Source: a virus (taxonomy: Duplodnaviria > Caudoviricetes). From it: a stretch of DNA of 61,550 nucleotides. Shown piece after piece: positions 20,618-30,133 of this stretch (position 1 is the stretch's first letter; each line of letters begins with the position of its first letter). Below the pieces are notes generated by a model. The model did not search any database and was not told the DNA's origin. It was given only the letters and a program-made list of their open reading frames with translations. Location: positions 1-61,550 of the IMG/VR virus record IMGVR_UViG_3300027833_001904, one strand, 5' to 3'. Made by a program: the position numbers and the translations under genes.

Positions 20618-20652
20618 ACATAGGTTAGTTATATTTTTGTATAAATACTAGT

Positions 20653-21348
20653 ATGAAAATACACGACATATTAGAAAGACTCATAGACGAAGGTCCAAAC
20701 GATCCTGCTATATTTAAAGCTATATTTCTTGCTGGTGGCCCAGGCTCTGGCAAGAGTTACGTAGCAAGTAAAATATTATCAGGACTAGGCCTTAAGCCTG
20801 TTAACAGTGACGATGTGTATGAATACCTAGCTAACAAACATGATGTTGATTTAGGTAATCCAGACGAAGTTGCTAGTGATAAAGGTCAAGAAGCTAGAAA
20901 TCGTGCAAAACAACTTACTGATAAAAGACAAAATATATACATTGATGGTCGCCTCGGATTAATTATTGATGGAACAGGAAAAGACGTTCAAAAAGTAAAA
21001 GAACAAACTGTAAAATTAAAAAGTCTAGGATATGATTGTGCAATGGTATTTGTTAATACTAATCTACAAGTAGCACAAGAACGTAATGGCGATCGTAAAA
21101 GAAAACTTCCGGCAGAAATGGTGCAAACTATGTGGCGTCAAGTTCAAGAAAATATTATGAAGTTTCAGCAAGTATTTGGTGCAAAAGACTTCCACGTAGT
21201 AGACAACAGTGGCGGGCTAGAAGACCCAGAACGTAAAGAAAACTTTGATAATGTATACAAGAGTGTTAGAGCATTTGCTTCATCACCCCCATCTAGTCAC
21301 CATGCTAAAAAGTGGCAAGATGATGCAAAGAATAAAAATACCACTTAA
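20653..21348 (+). CDS. P-loop kinase (zeta toxin/AAA_33-like)
   Basis: GGPGSGKS, VNSDD, IIDGTG, ERNGDR lid motif. Confidence 0.8.
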   Translation: MKIHDILERLIDEGPNDPAIFKAIFLAGGPGSGKSYVASKILSGLGLKPVNSDDVYEYLANKHDVDLGNPDEVASDKGQEARNRAKQLTDKRQNIYIDGRLGLIIDGTGKDVQKVKEQTVKLKSLGYDCAMVFVNTNLQVAQERNGDRKRKLPAEMVQTMWRQVQENIMKFQQVFGAKDFHVVDNSGGLEDPERKENFDNVYKSVRAFASSPPSSHHAKKWQDDAKNKNTT

Positions 21349-21421
21349 ATCCCCCTAAAAAATAGGTAAATATATAACAACGACACTAATAGTGTCGCAT
21401 AGACATGGGTTAATAACAGTA

Positions 21422-21766
21422 ATGTATACATATAAAGCAAAACTAATTAGAGTCGTAGACGGTGATACTATTGATGCAGAGATAGATTTAGGATTTGATA
21501 CAATAGTTCGTAAACGAATTAGATTGTATGGAATTAACACACCGGACACTAAAACAAAAGATCTATCAGAAAAAGATAAAGGATTGGCAGCAAAACAACG
21601 TCTTACTGAATTACTTAGTAATGAATTTGTTGTTGAGACTATTTTAAATAAACGTGGGAAATATGGTAGAGTGTTGGGCGTAGTATATGCTATGGATAAT
21701 AAAACAAAAATAAATATAAATGAAACTTTGGTAGCTGAAGGACATGCTATCAAGTATCTTATATAA
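21422..21766 (+). CDS. Thermonuclease (SNase) family nuclease
   Basis: RVVDGDTI, RIRLYGINTPD, GKYGRVLG. Confidence 0.9.
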   Translation: MYTYKAKLIRVVDGDTIDAEIDLGFDTIVRKRIRLYGINTPDTKTKDLSEKDKGLAAKQRLTELLSNEFVVETILNKRGKYGRVLGVVYAMDNKTKININETLVAEGHAIKYLI

Positions 21767-21777
21767 GGTAAAAATAT

Positions 21778-23361
21778 ATGATAAGAATTTTTGGGTTTTG
21801 GACAATCTTTATAGCATTAGTAATTAGTGCAATAGCAGCCTATTATTCTATTATTGGATTAATTGCAATTTTTGCCGCAGCAGCAGTTCCTGTTATTATA
21901 ATGGGAACAGCATTAGAAATTGGTAAAATCACATCAGCTATTTGGTTACACTTAAAGTGGAAGACTGGTAAATGGCTTATTAAAGGATACTTAGTATTTG
22001 CAGTTGCATTGCTTATGTTCATTACAAGCATGGGTATCTTTGGATTCTTATCAAAAGCACACGTAGAACAAAATGCATCAATGTTAGAAGGCCAAGCACA
22101 GCTAGAACGTATTGAAGTAGAAATTACACGTGCTGAAGGTGAGATTACACGTGCTGAAGGTAAAATTGAAAAACTTTCAACAGCAGACACAAGCACAGAT
22201 GATGGCATACAAGAAAAGATTAGAGTAGCAGAATTAAGTATAACAACTGTATACGATAGATTAAAAGATGATGTTGAGTTTACGCAAGACTCACTAGATC
22301 AAGCAGCGGCACCATACTTAAAACAAGCCGAACAAGCAGATGCTACACTAGAAAAAATGAATACTTATGCAGAAACAAATAACATAACAGCATTACAAGG
22401 TTTAGTAGGTGCTGCACAAGACGGAAGAATGGGATCTAAAACAGCAAAACTTGTTTCAGAATTCCGTGATAAAGTTGAAAAGAATAGAATGATGGCACTA
22501 TTCCAACTACAAAAAATAAGAGAAAATAGCCAAGACGAAACTAAAGATCTTAGAGATGCTGCAGATAGAACAATAGCACAAACTAATAAACTTATTAATA
22601 GATTGCGTGAGCAATTAGGAACAGCAACAGACAATGATGTTGAACCCAAGATACAAGAATTACAAGTTAAAATTAAAGACTTTGAACTAAATTTAGATAC
22701 ACTGTTTGAACAGAAATATGCCATCGAAGCTGAAGGTAGAGAACTAGAAGCAGATGTAGGTCCTGTAAAATATATTGCAGAACTGGTATATGGTGAAGAG
22801 GCAGATAGAGATTCACTTGAAGATGCAGTTAGATGGGTAATACTACTACTTGTTATAGTATTTGATCCACTTGCAATTGTATTGGTTATTTCAGGAATAT
22901 CTCTTGTTGAAGAATACCCTAGAAAAAAGAGGATTCGCAATGAAGATAAAATTACTGAAACAACACCAAAGACTGACCTGGTGGAGAAAACTGTCAAAGA
23001 AACGAAAGCCCGTAAGGAACCTAAAAGCCCAAAAGTAACCCCTAACCAACCAGAACCTAGTTCTGACGCAATAGAATTTAAAGGTGTAGTATACGAACCC
23101 ACAGATTATGCATACCACCGCATTAAAGATCAGATAGATGCCAACGATAAACATCGCAAAATTATCAGTAACCAAACTAAGGTAAATAATATTGTAGAAA
23201 GAATGGAACTTGACGAGAAGACAACAGATGTTGATATTGTTAAGAAACGTTTAGAACAAATGTTTGAAGAAGATAATGCAAAAGCAGAGTTACTAACAAA
23301 TGCCGATACTAAAACAATACATGAAGTATTTAAAGATATTATTAAGGACACTAAGAAATAG
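21778..23361 (+). CDS. Multi-TM membrane protein with long coiled coil
   Basis: Three N-terminal hydrophobic helices, coiled coil, VIVFDPLAIVLV TM segment. Confidence 0.75.
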   Translation: MIRIFGFWTIFIALVISAIAAYYSIIGLIAIFAAAAVPVIIMGTALEIGKITSAIWLHLKWKTGKWLIKGYLVFAVALLMFITSMGIFGFLSKAHVEQNASMLEGQAQLERIEVEITRAEGEITRAEGKIEKLSTADTSTDDGIQEKIRVAELSITTVYDRLKDDVEFTQDSLDQAAAPYLKQAEQADATLEKMNTYAETNNITALQGLVGAAQDGRMGSKTAKLVSEFRDKVEKNRMMALFQLQKIRENSQDETKDLRDAADRTIAQTNKLINRLREQLGTATDNDVEPKIQELQVKIKDFELNLDTLFEQKYAIEAEGRELEADVGPVKYIAELVYGEEADRDSLEDAVRWVILLLVIVFDPLAIVLVISGISLVEEYPRKKRIRNEDKITETTPKTDLVEKTVKETKARKEPKSPKVTPNQPEPSSDAIEFKGVVYEPTDYAYHRIKDQIDANDKHRKIISNQTKVNNIVERMELDEKTTDVDIVKKRLEQMFEEDNAKAELLTNADTKTIHEVFKDIIKDTKK

Positions 23362-23364
23362 TAG

Positions 23365-23817
23365 ATGAACTTAAACGACAATAGCAGTTATACGGTCACT
23401 GCACCAGATTTATTCCTACAATTAAACGGATTAAATGTTTTAATTACAAGCACAAACAAAGAGTTAATTGATAACTTCAAATTAATATTTGAAAAATTTA
23501 TTAGATCAAGCGTAGTTTTTAATGTGCAACAACGAGTAACAAAACCAGATAGTTTGCCGTGGATGTGGCACGTTAGCAGAACATGTGAATATATGTTAGT
23601 TGACTTAGATACATGTGCATGGGAAGATATAATGGCTGCGTTATTAAAGCGAATGGATGATAATCATTCTGTAATTTTTTATAGTGAAAAGAAAGTAAGA
23701 CGAGAAGCAATAAAATTGATTAACGCAACCAGCAACTATATTATAATTAACAACTTAGAAGAATTAAATAAATTCTTAGACATAGATACTCAATACCCAG
23801 GCATGCCAGATGAGTAA
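23365..23817 (+). CDS. Hypothetical protein
   Basis: 150 aa coupled ORF upstream of clpX. Confidence 0.7.
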   Translation: MNLNDNSSYTVTAPDLFLQLNGLNVLITSTNKELIDNFKLIFEKFIRSSVVFNVQQRVTKPDSLPWMWHVSRTCEYMLVDLDTCAWEDIMAALLKRMDDNHSVIFYSEKKVRREAIKLINATSNYIIINNLEELNKFLDIDTQYPGMPDE

Positions 23818-25009
23818 TCCATACTGTAATTTTTGCGGTAAAAATAAACATCAAACCAAAAAACTATTAGCTGGAAATGATGGAACACACATTTGTGATG
23901 GATGTGTGGATCTTTGTCATGACATATTAATTAAAGAAAAAGCTAAAGCATCAGCTCAACCAGAGTCTGTAACACGCCTTAAGCTACCTACACCGTTAGA
24001 ATTACACGAACACTTAAATAGATTCGTCATTGGGCAAAACACCGCTAAAAAGACGCTTAGTGTTGCAGTATACAACCATTACAAGCGGATTAAGAACACT
24101 ACACAAGTAAAGTTACAAAAGAATAATGTGCTTATAGCAGGTCCTACTGGAACAGGCAAAACACTTATTGCTTCTACATTGGCATCATATTTAGATGTGC
24201 CATTTGTAGTTACAGATGCAACAACAATAACTGAAAGCGGATATGCAGGTGATGACACAGAAGTATTACTAGACAAACTATTCCAAGCTGCTGATTATGA
24301 TGTAGAAAAAGCACAGTTGGGTATTATATACGTAGACGAGATTGATAAAAAAGCAAAACGAAATGACATGGTAAGTTTAAGTCGTGATGTGTCAGGCGAA
24401 GGTGTGCAACAAAGTTTGCTAAAGCTAATGGAAGGCACAGTAGTAACAGTTCCAAACAAACCTCAAGCCAATCCAGAAAAAGTAGATATAGATACTACTA
24501 ACATATTGTTTATAGTAGGCGGAGCATTTATAGGATTATCAGATCTTGTAAAACAACGTATAGGCCAAAGTAAAATAGGCTTTAATGATAACAAACAGGA
24601 ACAATTAGATAATTGGGAAATGCATTTACAAACACGTGATCTAGTTCAGTATGGACTTATTCCAGAATTTGTAGGAAGATTACCTAGTGTTAATGTTTTA
24701 CACGAATTAACCAAAGAAGAACTAGTGAAAATACTTACAGAACCACAAGATTCAATAATAGATCAAATAAAAGTGCTTTTTTCACTTGACAAAATACAAA
24801 TAGAGTTTAATATAAAAGCATTAGAGCAAATTGCCTCTATTGCAATAGAACAAGACCTCGGTGCAAGAGGATTAAGAAAGATACTGGATTCGGCACTTGT
24901 GGAAACACAATACCAGTTACCACAACTAAGAGAAAGCGGAGTGAAAAAAATTATTATAACAGATGAAACTATTGTCAATGGCCATCCACCGTTAATGATA
25001 AAAGGGTAA
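23810..25009 (+). CDS. clpX: Clp protease ATP-binding subunit ClpX
   Basis: CNFCGK...ICDGC zinc domain, GPTGTGKT, GYAG pore loop, RDVSGEGVQQ, IGF loop, GARGL. Confidence 0.96.
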   Translation: MSNPYCNFCGKNKHQTKKLLAGNDGTHICDGCVDLCHDILIKEKAKASAQPESVTRLKLPTPLELHEHLNRFVIGQNTAKKTLSVAVYNHYKRIKNTTQVKLQKNNVLIAGPTGTGKTLIASTLASYLDVPFVVTDATTITESGYAGDDTEVLLDKLFQAADYDVEKAQLGIIYVDEIDKKAKRNDMVSLSRDVSGEGVQQSLLKLMEGTVVTVPNKPQANPEKVDIDTTNILFIVGGAFIGLSDLVKQRIGQSKIGFNDNKQEQLDNWEMHLQTRDLVQYGLIPEFVGRLPSVNVLHELTKEELVKILTEPQDSIIDQIKVLFSLDKIQIEFNIKALEQIASIAIEQDLGARGLRKILDSALVETQYQLPQLRESGVKKIIITDETIVNGHPPLMIKG

Positions 25010-25010
25010 G

Positions 25011-25532
25011 ATGAAACAGAAAAATAATCATAACAACCCAAGAAGCCACATCACTGCAAATGAGAAGATCAGAGCAAAAGATGTTAGAGTAATAGCTAGG
25101 GATAGCGAATCCGTAGTAATGCCATTAAGTAAAGCATTACAACAAGCAAGGAGCCAGTATTTAGATTTAATACTTATTAATCCTAAAGCTGAACCACCGT
25201 TATGTAGAATAATGGAAATAAATAAGTTTTTGTATGAACAAAAACAAAAAGAGAAAGCAGAGAAAAAACGCCAACGTGAAAACATAGTAGATCAAAAAGA
25301 AATACGAATGGGCTTAAACATTGATCAAAATGATATGCAAACTAAGGCAAATCATGCTAAGAAGTTTTTAGAACAAAAAGCAAAAGTCACGGTGACAATT
25401 GTTTTAAAAGGCCGCGAAAGAGGCAAACAAGACATGGCAAGAGATCTATTGAATAGCTTCGCTGAATTATGCGAAGTTGAGTATGAAACGATAAATAGTC
25501 AAAACAATAGAGTAATTGGACGTGTGAAATAG
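25011..25532 (+). CDS. infC: Translation initiation factor IF-3
   Basis: NEKIRAKDVRVI, LDLILINPKAEPPLCRI, KEIRM, KGRE. Confidence 0.92.
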   Translation: MKQKNNHNNPRSHITANEKIRAKDVRVIARDSESVVMPLSKALQQARSQYLDLILINPKAEPPLCRIMEINKFLYEQKQKEKAEKKRQRENIVDQKEIRMGLNIDQNDMQTKANHAKKFLEQKAKVTVTIVLKGRERGKQDMARDLLNSFAELCEVEYETINSQNNRVIGRVK

Positions 25533-25539
25533 GTAACAA

Positions 25540-25815
25540 ATGAAAAAATATAATAATAATTCTCGAGATAGAAACAGAGATAACAGAGAAGATAAAGATT
25601 ACGGATTGTCCGTTGAAGTGAGAAACAACAACGTAGACCAAGCAATGCGTAAGTTAAAAAAGAAAATAATGAATGATGGCATGTTGCAAGAATTACGCGA
25701 ACGCCAACATTTTGTAAGTAATACAGAAAAACGATTAAAGGCCGAGGCTGCGGCTCGTGCCAGACATCGTAAACGTATAGCTAGCGATAAAATAGATAAA
25801 CCAAGGCTATACTAA
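25540..25815 (+). CDS. rpsU: Ribosomal protein bS21
   Basis: VEVRNNNVDQAMRKLKKK...ELRERQHF. Confidence 0.9.
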   Translation: MKKYNNNSRDRNRDNREDKDYGLSVEVRNNNVDQAMRKLKKKIMNDGMLQELRERQHFVSNTEKRLKAEAAARARHRKRIASDKIDKPRLY

Positions 25816-25817
25816 AA

Positions 25818-25903
25818 GAATTTGTATACATGTAGTATACGAATAGGCGAGGCGCCGTAAGGGCCTCATTATATACATCTTGCTTAAAAGGAGATAAAAG
25901 ATG
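25818..25903 (+). promoter_or_regulatory. ROSE-like RNA thermometer in hsp20 5' UTR
   Basis: Two upstream hairpins, then ATCTTGCT pairing with AGGAGAT (SD) with a bulged G. Confidence 0.65.
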
Positions 25904-26326
25904 AAAACATTAACAACACTTGATCTGCAGAAGATCGCACCATATGCCGTTGGATTTGACAGAATAATTTCTGACATGTTTCAATATGCAGACAATAACG
26001 TAGCAAGCACAGGCTACCCACCATATAACATTCGCAAAGAAGGTGACAAGTTTCAAATTGAAATTGCACTAGCTGGTGTTACTAAAGAAGATTTAGAAAT
26101 CAATTTAGAAGAAGGGCAGCTAACAATCTCACATGACCCAGAGGAAACTCAAGTCGATGTAGAGTATTTGCACAAAGGTATTGCACAACGCAAGTTCAAA
26201 CGAGTTTGGACGCTGAGTGATGATGTAGTCGTAAACGGTGCTCAAATGGAAAACGGAATGCTTTATGTAGAATTAGAGCGTATTGTTCCAGAAGAGAAAA
26301 AAGCACGTTCGATTAAAATTAAATAA
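25901..26326 (+). CDS. Small heat-shock protein Hsp20 (IbpA-like)
   Basis: GFD, YPPYNI, IEIALAG, YLHKGIAQRKF, ENGML, PEEKK. Confidence 0.95.
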   Translation: MKTLTTLDLQKIAPYAVGFDRIISDMFQYADNNVASTGYPPYNIRKEGDKFQIEIALAGVTKEDLEINLEEGQLTISHDPEETQVDVEYLHKGIAQRKFKRVWTLSDDVVVNGAQMENGMLYVELERIVPEEKKARSIKIK

Positions 26327-26341
26327 ATACTAACGTTAACG

Positions 26342-26368
26342 GTGTAGGGAATTAACTCCCTACACTTT
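26342..26368 (+). terminator. Hairpin between hsp20 and clpS (terminator or stabilising stem)
   Basis: GTGTAGGGA-ATTAAC-TCCCTACAC followed by TTT. Confidence 0.55.
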
Positions 26369-26391
26369 ACTCTAAAAAATTAAAGGTAATT

Positions 26392-26697
26392 ATGTCACAA
26401 GAAGAAATAGCAACAGCAGAAAAGAAAAAAACAGCATTAAAGTCACCTAATAAATATCATGTGGTATTTTTAAATGATAATGTAACTCCAATGGAATACG
26501 TTATACAGGTGCTAGTGGCATTCTTTGGTAAAGGCCCTGATGAAGCAAATATAATTACATTAGAGATCCACGAAAAAGGAAGATCTATCGCAGGTTCATA
26601 TAGCTATGAAGTAGCTGAACAAAAATGCATAGAAACAGTCACAGATGCAAGAAAACATAGCTACCCGCTTGATGTAGTTATGGAAGAAACTACTTAA
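26392..26697 (+). CDS. clpS: ClpA adaptor ClpS
   Basis: YHVVFLNDNVTPMEYVI...IHEKG...YEVAE...YPL. Confidence 0.93.
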   Translation: MSQEEIATAEKKKTALKSPNKYHVVFLNDNVTPMEYVIQVLVAFFGKGPDEANIITLEIHEKGRSIAGSYSYEVAEQKCIETVTDARKHSYPLDVVMEETT

Positions 26698-26715
26698 ATA
26701 AGCACAAAAACCCAC

Positions 26716-26744
26716 TTGACAATTTAAAACTTTGATGTTATAAT
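26716..26744 (+). promoter_or_regulatory. Sigma70-type promoter
   Basis: TTGACA-17nt-TATAAT. Confidence 0.8.
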
Positions 26745-26771
26745 ACATATAACGAATGAGGTATTCTGACT

Positions 26772-27101
26772 ATGAAAGTAAACATAAATGATATACAAGG
26801 CGAAATAGCCAAACAAGACGAGCGTTATACAGTTACTGATAACAAGACTCTTAAAAATCTAGTGCTTAGTTCTACTAGATTACAACCTAAATGTGCTACA
26901 AACGGTCATTCACACGAAGGCCAAGAAGAAATATACTTCTTTGTAAGTGGTTCAGGCAAAATGCAATTAGGCGAAGAAAACATTAACTTTGTAGAAGGTG
27001 ATGTTATTCTAATTCCAGATGGGGCATTTCATAAAGTAAGTGCAGGGCCACTTGGTGCATATTTTGTATGTGTATTTGATGGGAAACGATATGGTAGTTG
27101 A
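26772..27101 (+). CDS. Cupin domain protein
   Basis: HSHEGQEEIY...GDVILIPDGAFHKV. Confidence 0.88.
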   Translation: MKVNINDIQGEIAKQDERYTVTDNKTLKNLVLSSTRLQPKCATNGHSHEGQEEIYFFVSGSGKMQLGEENINFVEGDVILIPDGAFHKVSAGPLGAYFVCVFDGKRYGS

Positions 27102-27495
27102 TACAGACGAAGTAGTGACAAACGAAGAATCAAAAGAAAAATTCAAAGACAGTCAAATGACTAAGGCTGGTAAACTAGCAATGGAACTGAGTTATGAACG
27201 TAAACGTCTTAAAAAAGAATTATCAGAATTACAAACAGAAGTAGAAGACCTAACACCCACTACGCCAATTGGCACAGTTGACTGGTATGTTAAATGGGTA
27301 GCAATGGGCCTTGCAGTTGCTGGTGTATTCTTAATGAGTGCAGGCTTTACATATTGGGGCCAAGTTTCTTACATCGTCAGTAGTATTGGCTGGGTTTTTG
27401 TAGGAATGGCTTGGGGCGACCGAGCAATTATGATTGGTAGTGCTATTACAGGAACAGCCGTAGCAATGAATTTTGTAGAGAGGGTAATGATATGA
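27091..27495 (+). CDS. Membrane protein
   Basis: Coiled N-terminus plus three short TM segments; likely start ATG 27091. Confidence 0.7.
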   Translation: MVVDTDEVVTNEESKEKFKDSQMTKAGKLAMELSYERKRLKKELSELQTEVEDLTPTTPIGTVDWYVKWVAMGLAVAGVFLMSAGFTYWGQVSYIVSSIGWVFVGMAWGDRAIMIGSAITGTAVAMNFVERVMI

Positions 27496-27920
27496 TCATT
27501 AATAAAGTAGGATTTACATGTAGCACTTTTGATTTACTCCATGCAGGACATATTGGCATGTTGAGAGAAGCAAAAGAACATTGCGATTATTTAATTATAG
27601 GACTGCAAAGCGATCCAACTATTGATAGACCTGATACTAAAAACAAACCAATACAAACAATAGTAGAACGTTATGCACAACTTAATGCATTGCATCTAGT
27701 TGACGAGATAGTTCCATACCAAACAGAAGAAGACCTAATTGACATACTAGAATTGTTTGCAATTAATGTAAGATTTTTAGGCGAAGAATACCGAGAAAAA
27801 GAATTTACTGGAAAAGACGTATGTCGTAAACGTGGCATAGATTTACATTTTAATAAACGTGACCATAGGTTCAGCACAAGCTCACTACGGAAACGTGTTT
27901 GCGAAAAGGAAACCAAATGA
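27492..27920 (+). CDS. Cytidylyltransferase (glycerol-3-phosphate cytidylyltransferase-like)
   Basis: FDLLHAGH (HxGH), ERY, RDHRFSTS. Confidence 0.88.
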   Translation: MIINKVGFTCSTFDLLHAGHIGMLREAKEHCDYLIIGLQSDPTIDRPDTKNKPIQTIVERYAQLNALHLVDEIVPYQTEEDLIDILELFAINVRFLGEEYREKEFTGKDVCRKRGIDLHFNKRDHRFSTSSLRKRVCEKETK

Positions 27921-28456
27921 CAATACATGCAATGATTGATTTAGAAACATTAGGCACTTCACCTGATTGTGCGGTATTAACAATCGGTGGTGTTAAGTTT
28001 AATCCCAATGCTATATCAGAACCATATCAACCTTTCTACTATAGATTTGAAGTAGACGAACAATTAGAACAAGGTCGCACAGTATTAGACAGCACATTAG
28101 AATGGTGGGGTCAGCAAGCAGATGATGTTCGTGAAGAAGCATTAGGCGATGCAGACAGAACACCAGTGTTAGAAGTATTACAGGCACTAAACAAATGGTG
28201 CGTGGGCGTTGATACTATTTGGTGTCAAGGACCTGCATTTGATATTGTAATACTGGAAAGCCTATTTAAAGAATACAATCATCACATACCTTGGCCGTTT
28301 TGGAAGATACGTGACAGTAGAACACTGTTTGGTATTATGCCAGTAGACCCACGTAAAGCAATTAACTTTGCGGCTCACAATGCATTAGAAGATTGTAAAG
28401 TTCAAGCATTGTGTGTTCAGCAAACACTACAAAAGCTACAATTGGAGGTTAGGTAA
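27917..28456 (+). CDS. DEDDh 3'-5' exonuclease (Rv2179c-like)
   Basis: MIDLETLG, FDIVIL, RDSRT, HNALED. Confidence 0.88.
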   Translation: MTIHAMIDLETLGTSPDCAVLTIGGVKFNPNAISEPYQPFYYRFEVDEQLEQGRTVLDSTLEWWGQQADDVREEALGDADRTPVLEVLQALNKWCVGVDTIWCQGPAFDIVILESLFKEYNHHIPWPFWKIRDSRTLFGIMPVDPRKAINFAAHNALEDCKVQALCVQQTLQKLQLEVR

Positions 28457-28695
28457 TGTTACATACAGTAGAATCATTATTAGAAAAAATTAATGCAATG
28501 CACTCAAAAGCATTATTACTACACAGACTTCGTAATCAATATTCAGAAGCATCAGGAAAAACATACGACCATGCGGAGTGTCAAGCCCTTATCGATGATA
28601 TTCAATACATGGCTAAACTTATTTCAAACGATAAGCAAGGCGATGAGATTAAAACCGAAATGGAATACACGAAATTTTTAAAGGATGAAAAATGA
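28456..28695 (+). CDS. Hypothetical protein
   Basis: Coupled ORF with GGAGG RBS. Confidence 0.7.
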   Translation: MLHTVESLLEKINAMHSKALLLHRLRNQYSEASGKTYDHAECQALIDDIQYMAKLISNDKQGDEIKTEMEYTKFLKDEK

Positions 28696-29813
28696 GAATA
28701 GACCAGGATATTAAACTAGACTACAGTGATGTGTTAATTCGCCCAAAACGTAGCACACTTAAAAGTCGTAGTCAAGTAAGACTTGAACGCAAGTTTAAAT
28801 TTAGAAATAGCAGGCACGAATACGAAGGTATTCCTATTATGGCTGCTAACATGGACGGTGTTGGAACATTTGCACTAGCAGATACACTAGCCCAACAAAG
28901 TATGTTTACATGTTTAGTAAAAACATATTCAGTAGAAAAACTTGTAGAATACTTTGATAAAGGTCTTCAAATCAGAACAGAACATGTTGCTATGAGTATT
29001 GGCACAAGTTGGGAAGACTTTGACAAATTAACAAAAGTTTGTAAATTGAGTAGTGGATTAAAGTATGTATGCATGGATATTGCAAATGGTTATAGTGATC
29101 ACTTTGCACAGCATGTAAGGAAAGTGCGTGATGCATTTCCTAATTTAATAATTATAGCAGGTAATGTAGTTACCGGAGAAATGACAGAGGAGTTAATACT
29201 TGCAGGAGCAGATATCATTAAAGTTGGAATCGGACCAGGAAGCGTCTGCACAACAAGAATTCAAACAGGAGTCGGGTATCCGCAACTTAGTGCAGTCATT
29301 GAGTGTGCAGATGCGGCACATGGGCTTGGCGGACATATTATCGCTGATGGGGGCTGTAACTCTAGTGGTGATGTGGCTAAAGCATTTGCTGGCGGCGCCG
29401 ATTTTGTAATGCTAGGCGGTATGCTTGCAGGACACAATGAAGGTGGTGGCGATGTTATTACAAAATATTATGAAACAACTGAACTTGTATACGAAATAGG
29501 TTCGCACTTAGATAAGCATACACGTAAGATTGAAACAAAACAATTTGTAGCGTTCTACGGTATGAGTTCAGATGCAGCAAATACAAAACACTTTGGTGGA
29601 CTAAAAGACTATCGTGCAAGCGAAGGTCGAGAAGTATTAGTTCCATACCGAGGAGATGTTAAAGACACAATTCAAAGTATATTGGGTGGTATTAGATCAA
29701 CTTGCACATATTCAGGTGCAATGAAACTCAAACAACTTAGTAAATGCACTACGTTCGTTCGTGTTAACAATCAGTTTAACAGAACATACGAAAGCACAAC
29801 AACCAAAATATAA
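28692..29813 (+). CDS. guaC: GMP reductase
   Basis: [51 protein letters not shown]. Confidence 0.95.
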   Translation: MRIDQDIKLDYSDVLIRPKRSTLKSRSQVRLERKFKFRNSRHEYEGIPIMAANMDGVGTFALADTLAQQSMFTCLVKTYSVEKLVEYFDKGLQIRTEHVAMSIGTSWEDFDKLTKVCKLSSGLKYVCMDIANGYSDHFAQHVRKVRDAFPNLIIIAGNVVTGEMTEELILAGADIIKVGIGPGSVCTTRIQTGVGYPQLSAVIECADAAHGLGGHIIADGGCNSSGDVAKAFAGGADFVMLGGMLAGHNEGGGDVITKYYETTELVYEIGSHLDKHTRKIETKQFVAFYGMSSDAANTKHFGGLKDYRASEGREVLVPYRGDVKDTIQSILGGIRSTCTYSGAMKLKQLSKCTTFVRVNNQFNRTYESTTTKI

Positions 29814-29825
29814 CTTTTAAACAGG

Positions 29826-29842
29826 TATGTGTATAGTGCATA
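29826..29842. promoter_or_regulatory. Possible LysR-type T-N11-A box
   Basis: TATGT-N7-GCATA imperfect dyad followed by a second ATGCAT. Confidence 0.4.
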
Positions 29843-29899
29843 ACGAGAATGCATAAATAAGTATGGTTTATTGCGTAAATACGTGATAAATAAAAGTGT

Positions 29900-30110
29900 A
29901 ATAATAACACAAAGGTGTGTTGTTTACATATACAACGTAGTATAGAGCGACCTCGGCTCAGAAAAAAAGAGCGGCAGTTAGTGCCACGCTAACTGACTAT
30001 GGGAAAGACCATGGCATAACCCATGCCTTACAAGCGACACGGATGCAGGTGTTGTGGTAGCGGCCAGGAGAGACTGGCAAATAACGGATGCTTTCCCAAA
30101 AACATCCACA
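29900..30110 (+). ncRNA. Candidate multi-hairpin structured RNA or leader
   Basis: At least six consecutive hairpins with complementary segments (GGGAAAG/CTTTCCC). Confidence 0.55.
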
Positions 30111-30133
30111 TATAACTTTTAAGGAGAAGCCAA

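Noticed and set aside
22365-23102. 245-aa minus-strand ORF and similar long antisense ORFs (48219-49796, 57675-58172)
   Set aside because: Ser-rich mirror frames of well-supported plus-strand genes, with no recognisable motifs
24786-24813. TTGACA inside clpX as an internal promoter for infC
   Set aside because: The -10 match and spacing are poor; may be chance in AT-rich coding DNA
29975-30080. Resemblance to a cobalamin riboswitch (GCCAC, GGGAA, GCCAGGAGA)
   Set aside because: Order and spacing do not fit the B12-box consensus and the segments fold into other local hairpins; kept only as an unknown RNA
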